This document shows, in pieces, positions 40,133-51,600 of a stretch of DNA of 64,000 nt (its first letter is position 1; each line of letters opens with the position of its first letter). The stretch is from Klebsormidium nitens (Eukaryota > Plantae > Klebsormidiophyceae): positions 186,001 through 250,000 of the forward strand of contig DF236999.1 in NCBI GenBank assembly GCA_000708835.1. Direction: 5' to 3'. The notes beneath the pieces were generated by a model. The model was not told the DNA's origin. It ran no database searches and saw only the letters and a list, made by a program, of their open reading frames with translations. Position numbers and translations under genes: made by a program.

Positions 40133-41241
40133 CCTGTTCGAGGGGGCGCACGCCATCAGCTTTTTCTGACCGCAAGCTTCGTCGTTTAAAATTTTGGAAT
40201 CATTCCTTTGGGTTTTCCAATCTTTCCGAGGTCTCATGACCGCTGGACTGTCATCACTCCATCCATGCGCGTGCTTGAGGATACATCATTTGGCTTTAGG
40301 TACATGATATACGTCGACTTCGGAGATGTGCAATCAAGGCCTCGATCAGACCAATGACCATGCACATGCAATGACCGTCGGTCCGGTCCGCTCGAATCAA
40401 ATCGTTGCATTGAACCTTCAGTGTTGAAAATGAGAATGCAATGACCGCATACTAATCTTGTGCTTAATGTTGAGCTTTCTGCAACTACCGTATGCCGGTC
40501 ATCATGATTGTCAAATGCACTATGGAGTCTGATGATCTTTGAGTGCATTGTGAAGCTGAGTATATACATGGACGGTGCACCGTGACTGATGCATGGCTGC
40601 AGTCACACCCGGCATGCAGCATGCCGCGCCGGTCCGGGCGCGGCCCCAGCAAGCTCTCGACGTGCATGGCTGCTGAATACCTCGTAGAGATCGCGGCAGC
40701 CTAGAAGCCTTGCATTGGTCTACAAATCAAAAATTCAGATATTGATCGCTTACAAATGTCCTGTCCAGCCCAGCTGCAGTGTCAGTGACTGTACCATACT
40801 GTCTGGCCCTATTTGCATGCATGTCCCAATTATTCGATGACATCCAGCCAATTGAGTCATTTGCCGCCAAAGCATGTGGCAAACTACTTGGCACAACGCC
40901 TGCGCATGTTGCATGGCATGTGTGACCAAATGTTGTTATGGAACATTTTTGGTCGGGTCTGCTCATGTGATAGAAAAGTTGAGGAGTGTTTATGGAATCG
41001 GATCCGGAAAACAAAGATATAATGCACCAACTTGATGGTGATACCCGACTATATCTAAGCCGGTTGTCTGAACGGTACAGGTAGACAACCGTCTTCGAGC
41101 CTCCGCTCTTATACGATTCTGATGCCGCAGCTTATCTAACTCCTAACAAAGAATATCAAAAGAAGCATGACCGCCTCAAAACAAATAGCAAAGAGCTTGC
41201 ATAGACGTAGCTCCAAAGCACCTGGAACAGGCTACAACCAA

Positions 41242-43118
41242 TTACAGCAACTGTACGGCGGCAATTCCTGGAATCTTTTCCCTAAGCTTCTGCGTAACCG
41301 CCACCCTTACGGTCATCACATTCGCTGCGGGCCCATCAATTTGAACTTTCACAACAGGCCCGTCAATCTTAACAAGGGTCAGCTCGCCGCCACCCGTCCC
41401 CACCAGATAAGGCCGAATCTCGGACAAGACCTGCACACCAGGATACACCAGCTTTTACAACAGCTTCAAAGTAGAACATCAAGAAAGGATAGTAAGTCGC
41501 ATTGCAACAGGGGGGGTGCTGAGCATAAGACCGGAAGAACGTTTCAATCGCTCCCGCCAGACTCAGGGCCGTGGAGGGCAATAAAAAAAAACAGTCTTGA
41601 AAACGGAACTTTCTGCAAAGCCCCCTTGCCAAAAGATGGGTCTCACAATCCGCAGCCTTTTTCTGCAAAGCCCCCTTGCCAAAAGATGGGTCTCACGATC
41701 CGCAGGCTTGTTGATGCTGCCTGATGACAAGGCCTGCTCAAACGGTACAATCTGCCACAAAGTAGGCACGCTGTCACCCTCACATTCTCCACGTTCTCGT
41801 CCGTCAGCGGCAGCCCCGTTTCCTCGTCCAAAACTTGCTCCACCGCCTGGATTTCCGGAATCTTCTCCATGAGCCGCCGCTCAATCCCCATCTTCATGGT
41901 CATGGTGGAACTGGGGCAGGAGCCGCAAGCCCCCTGAAGCCGCAGCCTTACGGTCAACCCGTCGATCTCCACTAGCTCAACGTTCCCTCCATCGGCCATG
42001 AGATACGGCCGAATCTCGTCCATTACTTTCTCCACATTTTCTTCGGTCAGCGGGACACCTTCGACATCCATGACAACCTGAGCCCTACCTGCACCAAGCA
42101 TATGCCAGGATGGTTGCCAGAGACCGTCTGACGCAAGCAAGAAAGGTGAAACTAAACTAAGTTCCTGTTGAGGTTTCCAAAGCATGCAGCGATTAAGATA
42201 GCAGTGTCAGATTCTCAAGTCTAAGCAAGTCTGCAGAAATGGCCCGATCTTTCAAACTCAGGCAAAATTTGAATAACCGCTGTCCGGGGTGAGAGAAAAT
42301 GTGGGAGCTTCCCGCAGTCTTTCTAGCAAGCATTTTCCACCCACCAAGGAGAGGGCTGCAATGCCCCAACACTGCAGGATCATGATCTATGACAAAGAAC
42401 TTTCAACAACCCTGGCATTAAGAAATCTCCAACGAATCCTGGCATCAACAGAGACCCACCTTGTTGAGCGGCTCCCCTGATGCCTTTTCTAACAGATGCG
42501 ACTCCTGGGCTCCGCATCCTCGTGCCTGCGAAACTGCTCATCCGGGCACCAATCGACGGTGTTGGGTGCCTTGAAATTTTGAACCCCTGCGCCTGCAATC
42601 AGTCCCGACGATTGTGAAAAAAATTTCAGCTTTTGAGCGACCTTGAGGAGTAGAACCCTAAGTAAGAATTCCGAACCGCTGGTCCCTCATGCAGCCCTGC
42701 CACTTCGACTTCCGGCACATAGTGGGACAGATTGCGGAAGGGTGTCTCTCCAAAGGCGACAATCCACGCAGCTTGAGAACCACCCCAGCGATGCTACTGA
42801 ACCTGGTTCGACTGCGTTTCATGCAAACCATCTTTGGGAAGCATTTGGAAGGACTTTACTTCACTTCTTGTTTGAATGCTGCTAGCCCTGACCACCGGCA
42901 ATGTTGTTCTGCAATCAGAATCAAATATCTCTTTTGATAGGGCATGAACATACCTTATCCATGCGATGCCTAGAACCCCCATAGTGAACTGCACTAAAAC
43001 TTGGGGTCTGACCGCTCGCTTCTGCTCCACAGCTGCAGTTCCTCCCAGAGTCTCCCAGGACAGCTCCAGATAGGCTCGCTCTTGAGGCCAAGGACTGTAA
43101 GCCTATTGCCCCCGACAT
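41242..43118 (-). CDS. NFU2: Plastid NifU-like Fe-S cluster carrier, NFU2/NFU3 type (263 aa)
   Basis: Exons 43118-42954, 42592-42460, 42088-41784, 41430-41242. Ser/Arg-rich transit-like N-terminus. First NifU domain [31 protein letters not shown] carries CxxC; the second, degenerate domain [12 protein letters not shown]...AAVQLL lacks it. Confidence 0.93.
41611..41705. repeat. 50-bp tandem duplication in NFU intron 3
   Basis: TTCTGCAAAGCCCCCTTGCCAAAAGATGGGTCTCAC(A/G)ATCCGCAG starts at 41611 and 41661. Confidence 0.9.
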
Positions 43119-43434
43119 CGCTTTAAAAAAGTTCTGTTGCTGTGGCAATACAGAGAGTGTGTAGATGTGTGCGATTCGCCGTTTCCTCAACCACTTGCCA
43201 CACACGTCGTAGTGGAAGTCAACAACCGTTTTGTTGAAAACTGCCACGAGAAAAAAGTGCAGCAATGAAAGTTTAACCTGGCGTTCACAAAAGAGCGCTC
43301 CGTTCAGACGGCCCCAGGTAGCAGATTCTTCCAGATGATGCTCCACGAAGACAAGGCGCTTCTTGACCTCCCCAAGGTCCAGACAGCAACTGAGTAAGAT
43401 CTGGGCCTTGGCAGAGAGATCTGAGCTGAAGCTT

Positions 43435-43808
43435 NNNNNNNNNNNNNNNNNNNNNNNNNNNNNNNNNNNNNNNNNNNNNNNNNNNNNNNNNNNNNNNNNN
43501 NNNNNNNNNNNNNNNNNNNNNNNNNNNNNNNNNNNNNNNNNNNNNNNNNNNNNNNNNNNNNNNNNNNNNNNNNNNNNNNNNNNNNNNNNNNNNNNNNNNN
43601 NNNNNNNNNNNNNNNNNNNNNNNNNNNNNNNNNNNNNNNNNNNNNNNNNNNNNNNNNNNNNNNNNNNNNNNNNNNNNNNNNNNNNNNNNNNNNNNNNNNN
43701 NNNNNNNNNNNNNNNNNNNNNNNNNNNNNNNNNNNNNNNNNNNNNNNNNNNNNNNNNNNNNNNNNNNNNNNNNNNNNNNNNNNNNNNNNNNNNNNNNNNN
43801 NNNNNNNN
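43435..43808. other. Assembly gap (374 N)
   Basis: Run of N between the divergent NFU and DUF7953-like A genes. Confidence 1.
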
Positions 43809-44118
43809 AAACTGCGACAGGCCGGTTTAAGAATCGGGTTGCAGAGGTACGTTCCTTGGTTCCTGGTGGATCATGCTGGACCCAAGTTTCCAAATGTTGG
43901 TTAACGCTGCATAACGTCGAGGCTAACCCACCTCGCTTCGGACTCGATTCCTTCTCGACCAAATTAGGGTTCGCACTGTGTGATCCAAGCCTTCAACTTC
44001 AAGTTTCTATTACTAAAAGCATGAGTCTGACATCGACATTGACAATGTGCAGAGCTGCATGAGCACCAGATTCGCTCATGCAAGCAGGTTTATAAGAACG
44101 GGTGCAATCAGGGACGCT

Positions 44119-45957
44119 ATGGCACTCCTTTCTGGGTTTGATGGGCTATGCCCTCGTCACAAGGAGATGGCTTTTTGTCTATACGGACAGCTGGCAGGGC
44201 TGGCCGTCTGCCTTTTGCTTCTCTCAATGGTTACCAGGTCTGGTGAGTCACTTTCTCGCCCAGTCTCGACACCAGTAGGATGGGCGTTTGAATGAGGCAA
44301 TATGCCTTTCTTCAAGCAAGTGTTCATCGAATGAATGTTGGCTGAGCGCTGCTGCACATGTGTTGCATAAATCCAGTCATCACAGGAACTCAAAAATGGT
44401 TGGAAGTGTTCAAATTGCTTTCTTAGATTGCTTGCCATGCTTATAACAACGTTTCGCGGGGTGGTAGTGTGACATTGTTTCTAGGCAAGGCGTCGTCTAG
44501 CTCACGGTATATGCTCAGTACAGTGTCGCTCGTGGAGACCAATACTGTGCCCCAACCAAGCTGAGTATCCATGGTTCTGCTATGGTTGTGCAGAAGCGCA
44601 ACCGGACCGGGACGTTTATCTCCGCAATATGACAATCTTCCAAACGCACGAGTGGTTCGGCGCACCCCGCGTCTACTTCCACTGCACCGATAATGAAACA
44701 AAGGTCTATCTACCTGACGTCACGTCGCCGGGGCAGCAGTACACTTTCAGTAGCTATGAGTCCTGGCAACCGCTCACCACGCTGCCGGCTCTGAAGTGCA
44801 AAAGGTGCGGCTTTTATGAGGCTGACACAATCAAGAGCGATGACGTCTTTGGCGAGTGGGAGCTGTGCCCCCTGGACTTTTCAGCGAACGGATCTTTGAG
44901 CAAGTTAGTGGAGGGGGAGTTTGTGGCCAGCTTCTACTGCAAAGACTGTGCAGCGCCGTCGGAGCCAGAGACTCCAGCCGGCGGGTCCCCTTCAGGCGTG
45001 GGCGTACAAGGGAGTCCTCCAAACTCAGGTGAGCAGGACAAGGGGGCATGCACCACCCCAGCGTCGGGTTCAGATTCTTCACTTCGCGCTCTTATTTCTA
45101 TCTTCAAAACACACAAATAGGCGCGTCGTATCAGCTGGTAGGAAAAGGGTGCAGGTTTGAAGGAAATGGTGGAAACGACATTGATTGTGGATTGGGCAGG
45201 GGAAAGGGATCCCCCTGACATCCAGAATTTGAAAAACTGCTTATGCCCCTGCAATCCGTCGTTAACTTCAGGCAAAGATGCCCTGTCATCACTTCTCTCA
45301 CTGGTTTGTCTGAATTCCTCATTGGTGTAGTTGTGCAAAGATGTCAATTGATAAATTTCTGGTCCGCACAAGCTTTGCGCCAGCCTCCAGACTTCCCCTC
45401 CCTTCATTCACCCCACCTCACGCATTTGCAAAATTACCGTCCTGGTGTGCAGAGGGGTCTCATCAGTTTTTAGAGATTAGTTCAACGGGCGTGCTTGTAT
45501 AGGCACACACTTTTTACCGCCTGCGTCTGAGCATTTCGAAACTTCAATAACCATCGCGTTTGGAACAGTGTTCAAGAGTTCGAATTAGCAGCCGTGTACT
45601 CCTTGGTCGATGATGCTGGAGTGCGTGTCACCCAGATCTGATCGAACTGACATGGCCTACCGTACCTTTGCTGCAGGAACAGCAGCCCCCTTCGAGAGCT
45701 CTACAGGAATGGCAACATCAGCAGAGCCTCCCGTGGCCCCATCTCGTACAGAGGGAAGGTCGAAAGGTCTGGGCGCCGGGCTGATTGTGCTTATTGTTTT
45801 TCTGAGCTTGCTGGGGGCGGTTGGAGCTGGGGTGGGGCTGATTTCCTTTCACAAGTTTCTGCGGAGGAAACGAAGAAACGATCATGCCCGCGCTTTCGAT
45901 CTGCTGTTCGACAGTGGGGATGAGCTGGAAGAGGAAATGGAAAGAGGACGACTATGA
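44119..45957 (+). CDS. Plant DUF7953-like Cys-rich type I membrane protein, paralog A (279 aa)
   Basis: Exons 44119-44242, 44594-45028, 45677-45957 (phases 1,1). Signal-like N-terminus. Motifs IFQTHEWFGAPRVYFHC, ESWQPLT, KCKRCGFYEAD..KSDDVFGEWELCPLDF, a C-terminal TM helix and an acidic tail FDLLFDSGDELEEE. These match a recalled uncharacterised land-plant family. Confidence 0.82.
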
Positions 45958-45980
45958 GATGGAAAGAGGACGACTATGAG
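45937..45980. repeat. 22-bp perfect tandem duplication spanning the stop codon of DUF7953-like A
   Basis: ATGGAAAGAGGACGACTATGAG at 45937-45958 and 45959-45980. Confidence 0.9.
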
Positions 45981-47780
45981 AGACTGCATGGAATTTGAAA
46001 TGAGCCAACCAATTTTGCAATGAGTGACCATGCGCCTTTACCTGCGGTTGTAGCGAGAGTTGACAACCTGGGGCTTTGAGACTCACGAGTCCCGTAGCCC
46101 CTCCTCTTCTTGACAGAGGGCTCAACGGGGAGATGTCAGTGTTGCATGCACTCGAGCAACTCGGTTTTCTTTTATGCTAGTGAGCGAAGTGCAAAGTTTG
46201 GTGGAGTCCTCGCAAATCTGGTGAGCTCTCCGAAGGTTTTCACTACCTTGTCAACTTCGTGACTAGGTACATGTTTGCGATCTTAGCTATACAAGTGGGA
46301 TGCACCTAGACGTCTTACGTCACTACAGGCCGCGACGCTGCGGCGCCCTTCCATTTTGGTGGAACGAGTGATGCCAATGTTCAACGGCGATCACATGGCA
46401 TGAGTGCACTCCGATGGCTTCTAGGTTTTGCACTGATGGATATATCTCGATTGCATCAACAAAATATATGGAATGCCTCGAATGCAAATCAATCCGGTCA
46501 TGGTTGTGTAGCTCGACGTGTAGGCCGGTACGTACACATGTTGCATATCGGTTGCACTGCCATATATATACGCAACCAATGCACACCGGTGCATGCAGCC
46601 ATGCGCGACCATCAGCTTGGTCAATTAACCTATATAGTTGTATCTATGTATTGCCCAACTTGGCATGCACACAATCTCTGCGAATGCAGTCATAGAATTC
46701 TAGCAACGTACTATATTATTGGGATTCATTACGCTAACAAACATTGTGTACAAACAAGCGCAAATTCAGCTGCAAGGCTTTGCATCTTGCGTGCCTAAGC
46801 TTGAATTGATGCCTGTAATTTAGAGCATGTCGGGTATCTTGCAGATCTTGCTCTCGTGAAACTTGAGGCCTGGATCGTCCTGTCAAGTTATCTTGCGACC
46901 CATCATCCATTGTAACTGTAACTGGGCCAATGACGATTATCTAAGATCAAGCTCCAACTTACGTTCAAGCACTCCACAATGATTTGCAACTAGTTCCGCT
47001 TGCGTGATGCAGCACAACTATCACACAGCCATCATGATACCAACAGCAATCCAAAATGCGAGGATACTGAGAACAACATACAAAAAGTTGCACGTACGAA
47101 AATCACTCTTAACACTAACACCGCTGCCCCGCTTGGTTCAATCGCCAAGGGTGGTCATAAGAGGGTAATGTTGCGAGATTACTGCTGTCTATGCGCATGC
47201 AGAACTTTTGCAGAATCGAGCATCATTACAAGTGGTCAGACTCTGAGGGTGCCTGCCAGGAAGATGAATGCTTTGCCTATGATTGAACCCAAATGATCGG
47301 ACATACTTGAAACTATTGTTAGATGGACTCTTACAAGGGTCCGACCATGTGCACAACTCTAGAAGCATTAACGAGCTTGTCAAAGTACACCGGCAACGTG
47401 ATCTCTTGCATACTTTCCTGAAGTCGGGATCTGCATTGAGCAATGCTTACTTTGTCACCGTCAAGATAATTGGTAGCTGCAGGCACAGACGCTGAGTCAC
47501 ACCTTGCTGTCGGATTCAGGTCCACAACTCGGATCAGGACGCGAGATACGGACATGCCCACAAGGAACCCAAGAACACAAAACTCTTGCTGGACACGCAC
47601 CTTTCTCTCCGACTGGAGCTCTGGTTGCAAGCTGCCCCATTGGTGTCAAGCTCAACTCCAACAGATTGGTCGGCATAGCGGCCAAGCGAGTCAACCTCAT
47701 ATGGCATGGGGCGCCTGAACGATATAAGACATAGGATGTGGACAGCTGCGCAACTCTAAGAATGTAGCAGAAGCTTGTGC

Positions 47781-47978
47781 CTACTTTCTTGCTACTGATG
47801 CGGGAAGCGGTGGTGGTGCGGGATGTGTCAACTCTGGCGCTGCTGCGTCCACATCCTGAGCGGGCCACCTAAAGTCCCCTGAGCGGGACAGCCGGACAGC
47901 GAAAGTGATCACTGGAATCACCAAGCACACTCCCATCATCATCCGCATGCCTTCTGGGGTCCACCGAATAACCGCCAT
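47781..47978 (-). CDS. Putative 65-aa single-pass membrane microprotein
   Basis: ORF MAVIRWTPEGMRMMMGVCLVIPVITFAVRLSRSGDFRWPAQDVDAAAPELTHPAPPPLPASVARK* has one hydrophobic stretch and sits head-to-head with the calpain gene. No family recognised; upstream exons unresolved. Confidence 0.35.
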   Translation of the reverse strand: MAVIRWTPEGMRMMMGVCLVIPVITFAVRLSRSGDFRWPAQDVDAAAPELTHPAPPPLPASVARK

Positions 47979-48682
47979 TCGGAAAGCTTTCTTGTAATCC
48001 CAGCATGCAAGTATTGTTCCAGCCCTCACGCTATGAATCCGATCTAAACAAACGAACGCTGAGCGCAGTACACCCCAAGGAACCCGTCTCGCCTACGCTC
48101 AGCTTCAATGGCCAACTACAATTTGCGTGGACAAAGTTGGCGGCTCACGACACCTTGCAATCTGCCATAGGAATACGTCTGCATGGGGGCGCTACATTCA
48201 GAATCCTCAGCTGTCGAGTCTTGCCAGGACTCCTGAAGTTCGTTAAAGTTCGAACTGTGAAGTTGAATCAAGGGAATTGTGCTTCTTTTTGCAGAGTTGC
48301 AAACCCTAAAACGCTATTAAACCTGATTAAACCCACAGAATCTGGAATTCGGCGCGCTCGGATTCTGGAATCTCTGCCGCTGCAATCTACCATTAATGGC
48401 GCAAGGGCGGCCTGAGTCAGAAGGTGGAGCCATGGCCATGGCCACCTTGGCGAAAGCAGCTTCGTCTTCCACAACTCGAGACCCTTCTTGCTCATTCCTG
48501 AGGACCATGTCTGCCCAATTCTCGAGTGATCAACAGCACATAGTTTGTTTGGATACAATCTCGCTCAACTCATGCTTCACATTAGTTATGGCGGGTCTCA
48601 TTTAGCATACTATCTAAGTGCCGAACGGGTGAGCGTTAAAGCGCCACCACCACTCAAAAGATACTTCTTTGGAATAGGGAGG

Positions 48683-51600
48683 ATGGGCCGCAGCAAGCAA
48701 CCAGAGGATCATGTGGAGAGTGAGTGACTTGCATCGATTGCTGGTCTTCGCTTTGTCTTTACTGAAATTGCAAAAATGCTCCCTCTCTCGCTATGGATAT
48801 TCTGACGTTAGTGCGATCCTTTAGTGGTGCACGTTGTGTTTCACTTAGGGCAGATTAACGCGGTACATTGAGTCAAATGCCTGTCACCTGCAAGGACCTC
48901 TTTCCGCGTACCTCCTTCCTGTCACAACTTACATTCGTTGGCTGCAGGTGAAGACGAGGACGGGGAAGATCTAGGGCCATGGACCCGCGTGGAGTCTCTC
49001 AAGCCAGCTGGCGACATCTGGGTGGATCCTGAGGCTCCAACCGCCCAGCCGTCGTGGGAGGTTCCTCATGGGGAGACAGGGGAGAGTGCAGAAGACAAGG
49101 ACGCCAGCAGCACAGAGCTGTATGCAGCGGGGGAAGTATGGGAGGAGCTCATTGTGTACAAAAAGTCGATCATCAAGCCGTCCGACATCAATCAGGTGAG
49201 AGGGGTGCAGCGAGGGGGCGACAATTCTGTGGATTTAGTGGTAATCTGCGCTGAAGCAGCAGAATGACAGTGACTCTGATTCCACCTCTCCGTGGCCACC
49301 TCAGACTCATAAAGTTGAACAGATGTCCTAGATAGACTGGAAAGGGAGGTGCAGATTCATTTGCCGCTTGCTAAGAAGCAACCACCACCACAGCGATCAA
49401 CTAAGCTTGGGCTAGCAGGCAGCTCCGGAGAAGCCAGAGGAACTGATGTTTCTTTGTGCCCGCAGGGAGGGCTGGGCGACTGCTGGTTCCTCTCCGCCAT
49501 AGCTGCACTCTCAGAGGAACCGAAGCGAGTCCGGTCCTTGTTTTTGAACAACATGGCACATGATGATGGGGGCCTCCGCATCAAGTTCTACAAAAGTGGC
49601 AGGTAATTCGCCGATAGTTCCTGCCCTGTCCAAATCTGCAAAACGCCATAGGACAGGGGCTCTCATTTCGACAAAGAATCATAAACGGTGTCGCTGAAGG
49701 ACTTTGGCGTTGCAACGACCCACAGAGGTTCAAGTTCTTTGCAGCGCCAGATTGCCCAGTGGCAAATTCCGTATGCTGGTCAGAGCGCGAGGCTGGACTG
49801 TATTTGTCTGCAACCATAGCAGTGTTTGTGCAACGCACTGTCTTGAAAGTGGCTGATGCACTGAAACAATGAAGATTATTCACTCCTCGTGATTACTTAA
49901 TCCTCTTGTCGAGCAGAGAGGTGGTGGTATCCGTGGATGATCAGTTGTACTTCAACGAAGAGGATGATTTGTTCTACGGTGAGCCCCAAACAGCCCCGTC
50001 AACCAAACCTATGGCCAGGAGCTCCATTTTTTGTTACGCTTTGCTCTCGCTGTGAGCAGTTGTCTCTGAGGTCGAGCTGATTTCCTCTCTGCGCAGGCTA
50101 GAACCTAACGCCCAGCACACTTGCTGTCACTTTGATCCCTGCACTCTTGCTCCAAACCCCAGCTGTTCTCAGATTTGACTCGAGTTTTGCAGCGTCCATC
50201 AAGGGGAACGAGATGTGGGTGCCGCTTCTAGAAAAGGCGTATGCCAAGCTGCACGGCAGCTACGCCGCGCTGTCGGGGGGCTGGCCAGAGGAGGCCATGG
50301 AGGATCTCACGGGCTGCCCCGGAAAGTGCTACGAGATCGCAGATTTTGAAGGAGGTGAGATCACCTCTCATCAAGTTGTTCGATCTGAACTCTCATCAAG
50401 TTGGAAGGCTTGTGGGGAAGGGAGCGGAGACCTTTGGTGCGAGCGATAGTTTGACTCTCTGCTTCCTGACTTCGTTGGGCGTTTCCACCATTGGGTGTGA
50501 CCTAGCGGCTGTAAAGCTCTCGACTGCTTCTTGCTTTTAGGGAGTCCGCTCTTGATCGTAGGACCCTGGATGCGGCCGTCACTCTGGACCTGCCCGGTGG
50601 CTTGAATCTTCTGATACGAAGCACAGGGTCGCCCTCTGTATCTTCCCCAACTGTTAGCCCGCACTTGAAAATCAAACCCTTCGACAAACACCCGAAGGCT
50701 GGTGGCGATCAGAAACGCACTCTTGGATCTGCTTCTGGCCCCTACTTGGTATACGCTCGTACTTTGCGTGCTTCCGTATGAGCGATATCGCGCCTGCTGA
50801 CGAGACCACGTGTCCATTCGTGTCAGATTTGTGGGCGTCCATTCTGTCGTGGCACGCCGAGGGCTACCTGCTGTGCTGTAGCACGGGGACCGTCAAGAAG
50901 AAGAAGGCCAAGGGCATTGTCGACATGCACGCATACACCATGCTCACAGTGAGTGCTCCGACTCCTCTCGCCTCCTCGTGGCACATCTTCTGACTCAAGT
51001 GTCGTCACCCCTTTCGATGTAAGACCGTGTACTGTCTGAGGAACGCGCTACGACGACCTTTTGGCAGAGCCGGCACGCAGTAAGGCGCACGACTTGCCTC
51101 AGTCCGGACAGCAGTGCGCCTGCCAGGGGATACAAGAAGAAGCAGTCTTCGGCGGCGGGAGCGAACTTCTGGTCAGAGCGGTCTCTGGTCCTATCTGAAG
51201 AGGCGTAAATGGGGAGCCTTTGTCGATGTCCTGAGCCGTTAATGAGGAGTTATCGTGCTGTCGTCAAGGTGGAGGCCAGAGCCAGGCAAACTCAAAGAGC
51301 TCTCTAAACCCAGCAGGTCAGCCTCCGTAGCTTTTTATCGAGAGTCGGCAGATAGTACTTAAAAGTGTCCGTTCCGAAAAGAGGAGTCGACCGTGACACA
51401 GATTCGTCCGCTGAAAACTCTTCGATAGTGCCGTCGGAGCTCTCTGACCTCATCATATTTAAAGCTCGAAGCCTCGGCTTTGGCAAGCGTCAGCGTCTTG
51501 AAGCATCGCAACCGCACATCTCATCACCTCAATATCCGCTTCAAGAGACGCAAGCGTGCTTGCCTTGCCTACAAACCCAACCGCTTTGGCTCGGTACAGG

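Noticed and set aside
43285-43962. ORFs spanning the N gap
   Set aside because: Artifacts of untranslatable Ns.
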